Shown: positions 51,173 to 63,825, counted from the first letter of the whole stretch. The stretch: DNA of 63,825 nucleotides, filler included, from Octopus bimaculoides (GCF_001194135.2; 8 parts of 6 records of this genome joined end to end with filler, not necessarily neighbours in it); one strand, 5' to 3'. Numbers and translations: made by a program. Notes: generated by a model not told the origin, from the sequence alone.

Positions 51173-52330
51173 AAAATATAAAAACATTAAATATATGAAT
51201 ACATAAATATATAAAAGTTTAATATACAAATATAAATAGATGAATGGGATTAAGTTATAAAAGTGTGGATGTATTAAAGTATACATGTATAAAGTGATAT
51301 ACAGAGATATTTAGAATTACACTCGTATTAAAAGGTGTTGTAGAATGGCGTTTTAAAAATTAAGAATAAATATGCCCCTACGAAAAGGTGAATAGAATAA
51401 TGTCTTACAAAAAGAGCGAATAAAGAAAAGTCGTAGCGTTGAGATTGGAGTTTTCATAAATCATATGAAAATAATCCAAGAGAATTAGTAACTCTGATTA
51501 GATAAACTGTTGGTGGTTATCCTCTTACGGTCGTTTCTGGGGCACAGTAATCCATACATTTTCAGGGTATTTTCGCTCCAAAAATTGGATTCTGACTCCT
51601 TCATCTGAGAGTATATTATTCAGGATTCACGTTTCGCACACTGCTGTACTGGGTTGATGAGATTTAGTTATATATGGAGGTGCACTTGTTAAAAGGAGGA
51701 GGAAATGTTACAGCAGGAATTATGGGAAATGCAATTTAGAAAATACTGTTAATGTTAAGCAGGTAATAATTGATCAATATGAAGTTACAGGATGCAGGAG
51801 TATACATATTAAGCGAAATATAGATAATTGAAAATTTGATGGTAAATTTACCGAGATTTATCAAAATATTTAAATGCTGAACGGTATATATGGTCAGAGG
51901 AAAACATAGCATCCGAGAATTCGTGTAACGATGTAGAATCATATCAACGAAGAATATTCATGGACTCTCTAATGTACATTTTACATACACACGTAATTGT
52001 ATTGTATTGGGTGGGGAGCTTCTGCTATTACAGACCAAGATAATGAGTATTAAATGTTTTATAGCTTAATTACTTGTATATACGTAGCTAGTATTATAGA
52101 AAGTTTATATTTTACATTGGTAAAAGAGTTCAAATGGCTTCTATATCAGCGTATAAAATCTACAACGCCTTTTAATACGACTGTAATTCTAAATGTCTAT
52201 ATGTATCTTTATACATTTATACTTTTATACACCTACACTTTTATAACTTAATCCCATTTATCTGTTTATATATGTATATCAAGATTTATATATTTATGTA
52301 ATCATAGATTTTAATATGTTTTAGTTTTGT
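51173..52330. mobile_element. Foldback unit with ~165-bp inverted termini, possibly Penelope-derived
   Basis: 51173-51345 matches the rc of 52168-52330 (GGGATTAAGTTATAAAAGTGT, ATTTAGAATTACA.TCGTATTAAAAGG.GTTGTAGA); hammerhead-like motif inside. Confidence 0.6.
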
Positions 52331-52600
52331 CTGCAGGTTGATCAGTATTTGACTCTTTAGCAGCTAACTACTATACAATCAGTTCCTAACGTTGAACCTT
52401 GTATTTTGTTCGGATCGGTTTTGTGAATTGCTTTTCCATCGATGTTATTGTAGAGAAAGCCTTTATGCTTCTGATTTCTTTAGGTAAGCAGTTGAACAGC
52501 TGAGGATCTCTGAATATCAGACTGTAAAAATAACGTGCCCTTGTTCCCGTTTGAGAAAGTTGTATACGTGGAAACCAGCAGATTTGAAATGTTATAGTTC
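52330..52600 (-). mobile_element. CR1-type LINE 3' fragment
   Basis: SLIFRDPQLFNCLPKEIRSI resembles the CR1-group C-terminal RGPxLFNxLP motif. Confidence 0.6.
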
Positions 52601-52639
52601 ATATTATGTTTGGAAACGTACATATGCATATATGTATAT

Positions 52640-52688
<49 letters not shown>

Positions 52689-52699
52689 GGGGGGGGGGA

Positions 52700-53345
52700 G
52701 AATTCACAAAAAAAAATCAAGAGACGAAGACAAGTGGTATAGACAACAAACAGATATATTAGTATAACGCTTGGGAAGTGAAAAAGTTTTAAACGTTTCG
52801 TGCCTACGCTCTTCCACAGAAAGGAACCCAAAAAGAAACAAAGAGAGAAAAAACAATGTGTAGTGGCTATCGATCTATCATATATATATATATATACTGG
52901 AAAATGTGTAAAATGCTTGGTACAGTTAGGTTTATTTGAAAACAGCAAAGAATGACTTCACTGGCAGTACCAATCAAATTATTTTTTTAATAATATAAAT
53001 TTTACAGTTTGCTTTGTAGATCTAGCAAGTTCTTTGTTAAATTCGATGTGGAGATTTTTTAAAGATTCCTTCTTAACTTTTCTGGAGAACTTTCTCGCAT
53101 TCGTTGGTTGCGATTGACAAACTGATCTTCGCTTGTGGTGTGTGATTCTGTATATAAGTGATCTGCGTGTGGCTGCGGTGGGGTTGGGGTTTGTTAATAA
53201 GTGTGAGAGTGAAGGTGTGTTGATGAACAAGAGCTGAAAGCAACTAGTGAATGGTAGAAACAAGATAATTGATTTAGAGTGGAGTTGATAGGTGATGGGG
53301 TGTTTTATGAAGGGCTTGTGAAAGTGGCTTCCTGTTGGTTCCATT
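52700..53345 (-). mobile_element. Penelope-like terminal repeat and ORF remnant
   Basis: Hammerhead-like GAAACGTT end motif at 52.79-52.82 kb and a 121-aa basic ORF remnant at 52979-53344; family assignment by recall only. Confidence 0.45.
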
Positions 53346-54194
53346 TGAATAGTTGACCTTTGGGGAAAAATATAATTGTCAAATGTTTTTGCAAAATCTT
53401 AATTTTATAAGAAGAAACTTCTGTGATTTTCTACGTTAAACATGAGTTTAGGTGTGTGTCTGTGGGGTGAGGTGTTAATGAGGTATAACTTATATGTCTT
53501 CCGATAAAAAGGGGATGATAGCAGAGAGAAAAAAAATTAGCTTTCGAATATTTGTTGATAGAAATGTATTTTTGATATTGGTTTGGGAGGGGAGGTGGGG
53601 AGATCATGCTAACTCACATATTTACTTGCCTACATATAAACATACAAAAAGTATGCATACACATATAGGCACACATACACCCCCATACATACTTATATAT
53701 ACATCCATATATACATGCATACACACACACACATATATATAAACACATGCATACATACAGATATACACACATATGTATACATATGCATAAATATATATAT
53801 ACATACACACATACATATGCATAGACACATATACCTATATGTAAATACATATATACATACACATACATATATATATACATATATATTTTTTCTAGTTCAT
53901 ATGTATCCATATATTTGCACATGCAGTCATACCTGCATATTTATATATACCTACATACACAGGCATACGTACACACATACATATGTATACGTATCTACAC
54001 TACTCAAGTATTTAAGTTCACATATAAATTAGGGAGAGGGGATTAGTGAAATGATAGTGTGCCTCCAATGGTTGTTTTGCTCTTCAACGATTGAATGATC
54101 GAAAGTGTGGGTGTCATCCACTTCTATTTGGATATATAACTCTTTTCTCTTTTTTCTAGACAAAGAGAGAATCTCATTATTGGGTGGGTTGGAA

Positions 54195-54254
54195 TCACTC
54201 TTTTGTGTTCAGTAGTGGTTTGCACTTTCTAATGAAGAATTCTTTATATTTCCG
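54195..54254 (-). mobile_element. Penelope-like ORF terminus
   Basis: RKYKEFFIRKCKPLLNTKE* matches the PLE end motif RxxKExxxIxxxxPxLN. Confidence 0.4.
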
Positions 54255-54275
54255 GAAATGTCCGTTGTGTATGAA

Positions 54276-54316
<41 letters not shown>

Positions 54317-54479
54317 NNNNNNNNNNNNNNNNNNNNNNNNNNNNNNNNNNNNNNNNNNNNTTAATTAATTAANNNNNNNNNNNNNNNNNNNNNNNNNNNN
54401 NNNNNNNNNNNNNNNNATATATATATATACATATATATATATACATATATATATATATGTACATGTACATATATTTTTA

Positions 54480-54546
54480 GATAGATACATACATACATAC
54501 ATACATACATCCATAGACAGATAGATAGACAGACAGGCAGACAGAC

Positions 54547-54579
<33 letters not shown>

Positions 54580-54720
54580 CATACATACATACATACATAC
54601 ATACATACATACATACATACATACATACATGCATGCATGCATACATACATACATACATACATACATACATACATACATACATACATACATACATACATAC
54701 ATACATACGTACATACATAC
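54480..54720. repeat. Compound (ATAC)n/(GATA)n microsatellite
   Basis: Directly visible; the MYVC ORFs are artefacts. Confidence 0.95.
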
Positions 54721-54849
54721 ATTGATAGATAAAGAGGGAGAGATTGGGAAGAGGCGAGTAGAGAGCGAAATTGCAATCTCAACTAAGCCGTATAGATTTG
54801 CGACCAACAGGAAAGCATTGTTCGGTGATCAGGTCGCCATCTTTACGCA

Positions 54850-54890
54850 TCTATTGGGTTAAAAGATCAACGCCGGTCACGTGACATTGC
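54850..54890. promoter_or_regulatory. Candidate regulatory cluster: palindromic GTCACGTGAC E-box and inverted CCAAT
   Basis: GTCACGTGAC at 54876-54885 and ATTGG at 54854-54858 in a short CpG-containing unique segment. Confidence 0.25.
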
Positions 54891-55304
54891 TTAATGCGCC
54901 AACAATACATTGGGATTTGTATATTTGCAGCAAAGTTTTGACGTAGTTTTGGTTTGTTTTTATTTCAATCATTGTTGTTTTTGTTATTTCTACTAGTTTT
55001 TGTAATAGTTTTTTTACTGTTGCTGCTGTTTGTTATCGTTACTGATTCTGGTTTTGTTATTATTCTTGTAATCTGAACTTGTGATTCTTTCTTCTTTGTT
55101 TTTTTTGTGTTTTTTTTTGTAGTTGTTGATGTTTTTCTTGCTGTTGTTTTCAGCCATTATTCTTCTTGTTGTTGTTGTAGTTATTTTCTTGTTGTTGCAC
55201 TTGTTTATATTGATCTTTTTGTTTTGTTTGTGTTTTATGTTAGCTTATATTGCTATTTCAATTTCAATCATCGTTGCCATTGTCGTTATCGTTGTTGTTG
55301 TTGC

Positions 55305-55344
<40 letters not shown>

Positions 55345-55462
55345 ATTCTTGTTATTCTTGTTGTTGCCATCGCTGCCATTGTGTAACCCCGGGGAAATCC
55401 TTAGCGAGTAAGCTAATCATCACAAGCAATCTACTCATAAATTTATGGACGATGATGATGAC

Positions 55463-55501
<39 letters not shown>

Positions 55502-55738
55502 GATGACGACGAGGAGAAGAATGGTGTTGATGAGTTTGTCGTTGTCTTCGTTGAAGTTATTTACCACAATTTAGTTCTAAATGCGGCCAAATACATCATT
55601 CTTTCTCTCCAGATATAATCTATCCCCAACTACATTATCCAGTATCCGTTTTCTTTTTCTGAAAATGGTAGGCGATGGGTTGCGATTCTTAGCAGATCAA
55701 ACAATGAAAGAAAAATGGCTAAATGGTTCCAGCTGGAA

Positions 55739-55893
55739 TCACTTTTGAACACACGTGTGCTCCATTAGATATGACCTGATAATCAACAGCAGAAACATTA
55801 GCAGCATTAGCAACAGGAAAGATGAACTTTTGAAGATCAACGTTGTGCCTCCTACATCATTCGCTGGAAATAGCTCCCAGGCCTTTCTGCCAC
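55739..55893 (-). CDS. Weak candidate terminal exon with hydrophobic C-terminus
   Basis: Acceptor CTAATGTATCCTTCACTTTATTCAG|G then GRKAWELFPANDVGGTTLIFKSSSFLLLMLLMFLLLIIR...*; the hydrophobic part overlaps a degenerate repeat. Confidence 0.2.
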
Positions 55894-56740
55894 CTGAATA
55901 AAGTGAAGGATACATTAGACATTGAATTTCTGGATACACGTGTGGGAGGGGTGGGAGTTCATCGGCATTCGAACACAAAAGAATTGATATATAATTATAT
56001 AGTATATGCAAACCTTTGACTTCGGTTGCATCATTCTATTGATACAATCGTATGTCGACTCATCAGAATTATGTATAACATTCATTTGCCACAAAGGCCT
56101 TGCATTATCATAAATTTATACCTATAAGAAATACGGGTGGTTATATGAATGCGTTTACTCATCTCAAGTAAGGCAAAGAATGAAATATTACAAATACAGA
56201 ATAAACTACAATTTAAATTAACAGGTTAATACATATGATGAGGAAGAGAGAAATGTATAAACCTAAAACAAGAAACTAAGCCTGCAGATTATAACACTTT
56301 CCGTCACCACAAAATGTATGTATCATGTGGTATGGTAATATTCTGTGTTCTTTAATTTTGCTTTTATAAAACATACCTCTTCATATATAGTTCTATAGGT
56401 CTGTCAGATTTAAAGGCAGCGCTCTAAATCTGCCAATACAAAGCCCAAGAGTCAGTCATTACTAAATCCTTGGGCAACACTCCCATTCGCAGATAAATGC
56501 CCAGATATATAGAGACGGAAGACAGGCAACGATTAAGTTATTGGTGCCTCAAAGAGCACGCTTTATTCACTAAGGAAAAGGAGAGAGTAGTAAATGGAAT
56601 TTCTTTGCCCGCCTATTTGAATTATATTTTTCGTGTTATTAACAAGAAACGTAATCCAAAAAAATTACACCTTAAAAGTTCTGTAATAAGAAAGTAAAAA
56701 GCTTAAAAGGAACAAAATTACAATTCTTCATTCCTGCGTT

Positions 56741-57550
56741 TACCAAATTATTAACAACACAGCATGTTCCAGTGTGAATCAATGAAATATATATATATAT
56801 ATATACAAAGATTCAAATGTGTGCGCGTGTGTGTGTACATAAAGCAATCCCTCCTAACAGTAATGGGGGGGGGGCAAGAAATTGGCCTGTAATTGTCGGT
56901 AGCATTTCTTTTTGATGCATCCTTCAGACACAACACCGTTCGTCATTTTGGCAACCAGCGCGAGATATCTTCTGCTCCATCAATCAATGTATTAAATTTT
57001 TCTGCGATCAATTTATGGCACCTACTGAACTTTTTTTTATCCGAAATCCCCTGTCCACCATCAGATTCTGCTGCTTTCCAATTGCATTTTTTTTTTTAGT
57101 CATATTTCTGATACTGTCTTCTGTGAAGCGGATATCCTCTTGCGGGAGATAAGAAGCTGTTTGCTTCAGGCTGCAGAGCCATTCAACTCCAGAATCATAT
57201 TGTTCTTGCTTACTCCATGTCTTACCCGCAAAACTGTTGACTTTCATCAGCAACAGGGATTGATCTTTCGCAATTCTACATCATTTATTTCTTGATAAAT
57301 TCATTCTTGGTCGATTCTAAACAATCGGTTTTGTCGGTATTGTTTAATCCGTTGGTCAAACCTAGTTAGCTTAATTTTTTCTTTTTCTTTTTACTTTTCT
57401 TTTTCCTTTCTTTTTTTTCTGTTTTTTTGGTAAGCATGCGCTGCTTCAGTTTTTCATGTACAACATTCAGTACTTTTGTATCAACAACAAACTGTGCTTC
57501 AGTTTTTCAAGTTTGCGATCGTTCTTCAATTCTCCTTTTTCTTTTTCCTG
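56741..57550 (-). mobile_element. R4/Dong-clade LINE fragment (pre-RT and RT N-terminus)
   Basis: VVHEKLKQRM..RFDQRIKQYRQNRL; NWKAAESDGGQG (compare NWKAPGPDG); RTVLCLKD; NYRPISC. Confidence 0.85.
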
Positions 57551-57554
57551 TTTT

Positions 57555-57834
<280 letters not shown>

Positions 57835-57837
57835 AGA

Positions 57838-57955
57838 AAAAGCGAGCTGGCAGAATCTTTAGCATGCCGGCCGAAATGCTTAGCGATATTATTTCGTCTG
57901 CCGCTACGTTCTTAGTTCGAATTCCGCCGAAATCAACTTTGCCTTTCATCCTTTT
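57838..57955 (+). mobile_element. SINE A head and central domain
   Basis: GCGAGCTGGCAGAATC...GTTCGAATTCCGCC...TTTGCCTTTCATCC. Confidence 0.85.
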
Positions 57956-58192
57956 TGTATATTTTGTATATTTGTCCTGTTCTGGTGTTTTGCGAAATTT
58001 TTCCTGGAGAACATTATTTTTCTTTGTGGTTGGGTTGTTCATGATTTCTTTCTAGCATATTGGATGTCCTCTTAGTGGCCATCCCTTATACACGTGTAAT
58101 ACAATTTTTTCTGAATTTTCAGATTTTTTTATATGTTAGGCCACTTGGTTTTAAATTGAATTAATATTCAATTTATCACCCTATCTATATAT

Positions 58193-58269
<77 letters not shown>

Positions 58270-58272
<3 letters not shown>

Positions 58273-58955
58273 TTGTATTTCGGGATGGTCATTTTACTTA
58301 TTTTTTTTTAATTTTTTTTTTGCTAAATATTCACATGCACTATATATATTCATTCTTCACTCGTTTATTACTATTCTTATTCTAACTCCTGTTCATTGTC
58401 CGGAAATCTTTCTTCATATATCTGTGACCTCCTCAGCGACACTTTCGTCTTCGTGTCTTCTCTTGCTCATGCTCTTGTTCCAACTAACAACAATGGCAAC
58501 AACAACAACAGCAGCAACTACTAATACTACCACGAGGGAAGCAGCAGCAGGTGGGGGGGGTCGAAAGAACAAACATAGTGAGTTACGAGAACGGTACAAA
58601 AAGTCGGGTTCAAGGGCAGCGGCAACGACGACGAGATAGTGAACGGGGCTGAGAGGATGATCATAGTGCTGCTAAGAACAATCACACACACACATACACA
58701 CACACAAGCACAGATGCATGCACATATAGGGATACACATCATAGAGGAAACAGACTGGAATAAGCAGAGCTTGAGTACACACGAAGACGGAAGTTGTCGC
58801 TGTGGAGGTCACAGATGTGTGCCGAAATGTTTTCGGACAATGGACATGAATAAAGAATAAAGAATATACAGTGAATGAAGAATGAATATACAGAGCATGT
58901 GTTTATTTGTTGGGAAAAATACAAAAAACTGAATATCCCGAAATACAACAATATC
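58270..58955. repeat. ~200-bp imperfect inverted repeat around a ~300-bp spacer
   Basis: 58270-58470 matches the rc of 58765-58955 (GTTGTATTTCGGGAT; TATATTCATTCTTCA; ATCTGTGACCTCC.CAGCGACA; CGTCTTCGTGT). Confidence 0.85.
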
Positions 58956-59177
58956 TGTTTCAACACAGTTTCATAAGAGGAATTTTGAAACACACATTCA
59001 TAAACGTACATATATATAAGTGTGTATGTGTGTGTGCATGTGTGTGTGTGTGTGTGCATGTGTGTGTGTGTGCATACATGTAAATATATAAATACCTATG
59101 TGTGTATATATATATATATATATATAAACAAATAGTAAATGAGTATATGCATATATACGTAAAGGTATGTGCATACC

Positions 59178-59225
<48 letters not shown>

Positions 59226-59590
59226 CATACGTAGATATATACGTACATACATTCATGAATACATTCGTACATACACACAGGTGTGTGTGTGTGTGCGCGT
59301 GCGTGAGTGTGTGTATAAGAACGTTAAACTGACAGTTGTGATAAGATGTCTTCCAATGAAAAAAATTACTCAACACGTTTGATGGTGAAGTGTTTTATTC
59401 TATATTTCAAAGGTTACTTACAACTTTGAAGGTGTTTCATCTGGAGAACACCTAGATTCAAGATTCAAAGGCGTGCAGACTATTTTCATTAAAATACATT
59501 TTGTTTTTTGCTTCACTGGTGTTGTTTTCTTAAATTACCAAGTGTGTCCTGAAATACCTGTCGCAACCTGCGTGTGTTGTATCTATATGC

Positions 59591-59624
<34 letters not shown>

Positions 59625-59650
59625 TCTTAGAACCATATATACATATATAC

Positions 59651-59684
<34 letters not shown>

Positions 59685-60254
59685 NNNNNNNNNNNNNNNN
59701 NNNNNNNNNNNNNNNNNNNNNNNNNNNNTTAATTAATTAANNNNNNNNNNNNNNNNNNNNNNNNNNNNNNNNNNNNNNNNNNNNGCAGGATGCATCGTTA
59801 AAACGGCTCTTCCCATGGACCGCAAATTAAATTTGTATGCACAAATTAAATCTTGCCATGGAGGAATGTAGTGGCGAACAAAAAACAAGACAAGAAAACA
59901 AACTGAAAAGGCTTTATATATATACACACACACAAACAACAATGTCATAAGAACGGGCACCATTAAATAAACCAATGATCATAAATGTGCATGTTTGTAT
60001 TCACATATAGATGCAGATACACGGATATATACATACATGCGCAAGTACCTCAATTAACTAATTTAAACGACAAAAGAAATAGACATCATCTCTTTTTAAC
60101 AGGGATTTAATTTAATTATCATAGAGACGTGAAATAATCGACACGTGCGTATTATATGCCTATGTCCATATGTTTCTTGCTAATCATATCAATCCCTATA
60201 CGTATTTCGAGTTGTATTGTACGATTGCCATGTAACATACTGAATATATATATA

Positions 60255-60324
<70 letters not shown>

Positions 60325-60327
<3 letters not shown>

Positions 60328-60459
60328 TTTCGTCAAAAGATACCGATAGAATAAATACTAAGCTTACAAAGAATGATTCCAGTGGTCTATTTGTTCGACT
60401 AAAGGCGGTGCTCCATCATGGCCGCAACCATTTGACTGAAACAAGCAAAAGAATAAATG

Positions 60460-60460
<1 letters not shown>
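60325..60460 (+). mobile_element. SINE B 3' end
   Basis: ACCGATAGAATAAATACTAAGCTTACAAAG...CGACTAAAGGCGGTGCTCCA. Confidence 0.8.
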
Positions 60461-60494
<34 letters not shown>

Positions 60495-61383
60495 TTATTA
60501 TTTTTATTATTATTAGTATTATTACAGGTACCTGCACACACACACACGTGAAGAATGCATATAGGCACAAATATTCGTGCCGTATTTTTAGATTGATTTA
60601 AAATATAATTATTAGATGCTAAAGTAAATGCTAGTTGAAAACTATTATTCAAACTTAATTCTATGTTGATGCGTATCACATGCGCGCATTAAGCAATATT
60701 ATCTCATGTGACACAGAATCTTTCGTACTATTTGTACCGAACTTCAATGTGAGTTCAAATATATTCGAGATTGACTGTAAATTTCATCCATTTGGAGTCC
60801 ATAATTAGTACCAACAGGATCGGTGAATTGGCGCAGTTATGAAAAACGGCAGCCAGAATAATTCGTGGTGCATATTCACCGGCATTAAGTGTTCTGCATT
60901 GGAATCCTTTTTGTGGCCTACATTGGTAGTAGGCTTACATTGTCGCTCAGTTCAGTTTTATTACTTCACCTCTGAATGTCTCTTGTGTAGTCCCTACCGT
61001 AGCAAACACCTGGCCAAATTTATTTCCTCCCTCACATTCACCAACGTAGATGATGTTGTAACAAGTCATAAGCAAAAACGTTTATCTCAAATAAAATGTT
61101 TATAAAACATGCACATATGCCTAATGGACAGAAAGTATACAAATGATAACACACACGGTAACGCACCCAGCACCCACTGCAAATAATCTGGGCAACAAAG
61201 AATCGGTTCCAAACATATCAGAAAACGCACAACGTTACAAACTTACAGGAATATAAACGCACGTCAGCGTATATGTTTGTGTGTATGATAGTGTTTGTGT
61301 GTGTGTAAGAACACTGACCTTCCGTTAAGTAACTTTGTTATCGGTTCTTCAATAAACACTAAACCTTCACTGGTCAGCAATAG

Positions 61384-62500
61384 GATCAGCTACACGACTA
61401 GACTCCAGTGCCTGACATTGAGGAACCGAGATATCTTAAATCAAAACGAGTATAAAAAGCGATTGAAGTGATTGAAACAGAAATCGGAATCAGCAGTCTT
61501 CATATTACTTATATACGTTGTGTAACGTGATATTTTTGTGCAATAATAAACGGTTTTTTTTTCAAAATCATATTGAGAAAAGCAACATGGTAATCTAAAC
61601 CAGATAATGACAAACTTGGTAATAACTATACAACAGCCGATGTAGAACACTGAAACCTTCCAGAAGAATTTACTACCAATTGGAAAGAAAACAAAGAGGT
61701 AAAGTCACCCAGTGAATTCATTATCACATCCACATTAAAGGACGAAAACTATGTTTAAGTTAAAATCCATCTCATTACTCCTTGCACTGATAATCAACAG
61801 TGTGTTAATGAAATCAGTGACTAGAAAATTAAACTGAGACAAAATAAAAACCCTCGGGTATCTATGTATGTATTAGGGAGCTTCCATCATTAACTAGAAA
61901 ATAGTTCAGATTAACATATTATCAAAGTCAATAACTTCACGCATCAGATTAATTTCCCGAGATTCAAACTCACCTCTAAATGAGGATGGCATCTGGTGCG
62001 TACAACGCCCCTCCAGCATCTGGGAATTTAGAGCATTTAATGACATGCATCTTCAAATGAGCAGTTTACCTTAAAATCTGTCAGTAATTGAAGAGAAGGC
62101 TGCATTCTTTCTTTCCTAAAGACAATGTGACTTAATATGAATGCAGAATTACTGAGGTATTTCACTCACAGCTATTGCAGTGATGATACAGTTCATAATG
62201 GGAGACAATCTTTTAGAGACGAAAAAGGAGAAAGTTTTTCATAGAAACCTGATAGACTTCGGAGAGAAAAGCTTGACAGCTTGTCAAATATTCACAACGT
62301 TTTACAAATGTGTTTCAGGAAAAAATCTTTCAGTTATGCTGATCTTCTCGGACATCTAAAATCATTTGGACTCACTTCACAGAAGTAGAATGGAACAAAT
62401 TATTCTGCCCCACGGAGCTTTAAGAGTGATACAGTAATGATACTCTCTACAATCATAAGAGGAAAGCTGCATTCCTCCAGTGTGAAAAATATTATGCAGG
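61384..62500 (+). pseudogene. Speculative decayed coding relic with a death-domain-like C-terminal segment
   Basis: One frame gives protein-like stretches, including AELLRYF..GRQ and DRLRREKLDSLSNIHNVLQMCFRKKSFSYADLLGHLKSFGL, but carries about 17 stops. Confidence 0.25.
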
Positions 62501-62786
62501 TAAACAGTTACTTAATTTAAATTTTAATCGTCTATATATGTGGATCTATGGTGTATCGAAACATATGTTGTGGCCATTATGCAGATGTGGAATCGTACTC
62601 CCTCTTCTTTTTGCCTATTTATTCTTTCCTTATTTTTATATAGGTATATATATATTTACATATATATATATATATATATATATATANNNNNNNNNNNNNN
62701 NNNNNNNNNNNNNNNNNNNNNNNNNNNNNNTTAATTAATTAANNNNNNNNNNNNNNNNNNNNNNNNNNNNNNNNNNNNNNNNNNNN

Positions 62787-62829
<43 letters not shown>

Positions 62830-62834
<5 letters not shown>

Positions 62835-62990
62835 GACGGGCTTCTTTCAGTTTCCGTCTACTAAATCCACTCACAAGGTTTTGATCGGCTCGAGGCTAAA
62901 GTAGAAGACAGTTGCCCAACATGCAGTGCAGTAGATCTGAACCCGGAACCATGTGGCTGGTAAGCAAGCTTCTTACGACACAGCCACGTC
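62830..62990 (-). mobile_element. SINE B 5' half
   Basis: CGACGGGCTTCTTTCAGTTTCCGTC...CTTACGACACAGCCACG. Confidence 0.85.
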
Positions 62991-63261
62991 GGGGCCTATA
63001 GTCACTCCTGCGCCTATTTGCCAATATGTGTGTGTGTGGGTGTAGGTGTATGAGTGTGTTGGGAAATAACACCACACCCTCTTCGTGAATCTCGGTATAT
63101 CTTGCTCGGTTTTGATTAATGAATGAAAGACACTTTAATCCGGCGATTACCAGTCAAGCTCGTGTTTCCGTAATCCTGTTTGTTGTTGTCATCAACTGCC
63201 ACACCCTGACAAATCGGTCAACGAAAACAAAATGACAAAAATCAACGAAAATTTCTCACCC

Positions 63262-63262
<1 letters not shown>

Positions 63263-63352
<90 letters not shown>

Positions 63353-63460
63353 GTTGCTGCTGCTGCCACTAATGTTACTACTGCTACTGATACTAATAAC
63401 AACTACAACACCACCCCTAATATTAATAATGATAATAATAATAATAATAATAATAATAAC
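63263..63460. repeat. Compound (GCT)n(ACT)n(AAT)n microsatellite
   Basis: Directly visible. Confidence 0.95.
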
Positions 63461-63461
63461 C

Positions 63462-63610
63462 CTTTCTATTATAGGCACAAGGCCTGAAATTTGCGGGCAC
63501 GGGGTAAGTCGATTACATCGACCCCAGTGCGTAACTGGTACTTAATTTCTTTACCCCCGAAAGGATGAAAGGTAAAGTCGACCACCGCAGAATTTCAATG
63601 CAGAACGATT
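63462..63610 (-). mobile_element. SINE A' partial
   Basis: TATAGGCACAAGGCCTGAAATTT...CCCCGAAAGGATGAAAGGTAAAGTCGACC. Confidence 0.8.
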
Positions 63611-63767
63611 TGGAGAGGGGGGTGGGGCTAAACAGCAATGTCACCACCACCATCACCGCCACCCCACAACTACTACTAATATTACAGTATATCATTACCA
63701 TCACCTCAATTAGATTATGGTGTGTATATATATATATGTGTGTGTGTGTATGTGTGTATATATATAC

Positions 63768-63799
<32 letters not shown>

Positions 63800-63825
63800 G
63801 TGCGTATATATACACACATGTATAT

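Noticed and set aside
56055-56070. CTGATGA on the minus strand
   Set aside because: No downstream GAAA core; not a hammerhead.
60790-61075. Minus-frame peptide YVGECEGGNKFGQ...RIILAAVFHN
   Set aside because: Interrupted by stops with no clear family motif; insufficient support.

Overview
This is eukaryotic, AT-rich, repeat-dominated DNA with many microsatellite-flanked N gaps and seven artificial 100-bp contig linkers (44N-TTAATTAATTAA-44N). The repeat repertoire (tRNA-headed SINEs, RTE LINEs, Penelope-like elements) strongly suggests an Octopus genome; this is an inference from recalled repeat families, not a search. No complete protein-coding gene is recognisable, and most ORF-track entries are microsatellite or N artefacts. 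Supported content: at least five SINE families (several with clean target-site duplications); a near-full-length decayed RTE LINE plus RTE fragments; several Penelope-like (PLE) RT/GIY-YIG relics; R4/Dong-like and CR1-like LINE fragments; a mariner relic; and several MITEs. The 14.6-46.9 kb interval is strongly CpG-depleted, consistent with a methylated gene body, and holds a few candidate small exons. Most interesting signals: (1) a palindromic head-to-head element at 27.06-27.65 kb whose arms each join a tRNA-like Pol III head, an (AAT)n linker and a minimal hammerhead ribozyme, in a window rich in PLE relics with hammerhead-like motifs; (2) two independent insertions of one SINE into the same GAAACTGAAAG motif of another SINE; (3) a 2.4-kb inverted PLE palindrome; (4) a perfect 19-bp hairpin apparently created by template switching inside an old repeat.
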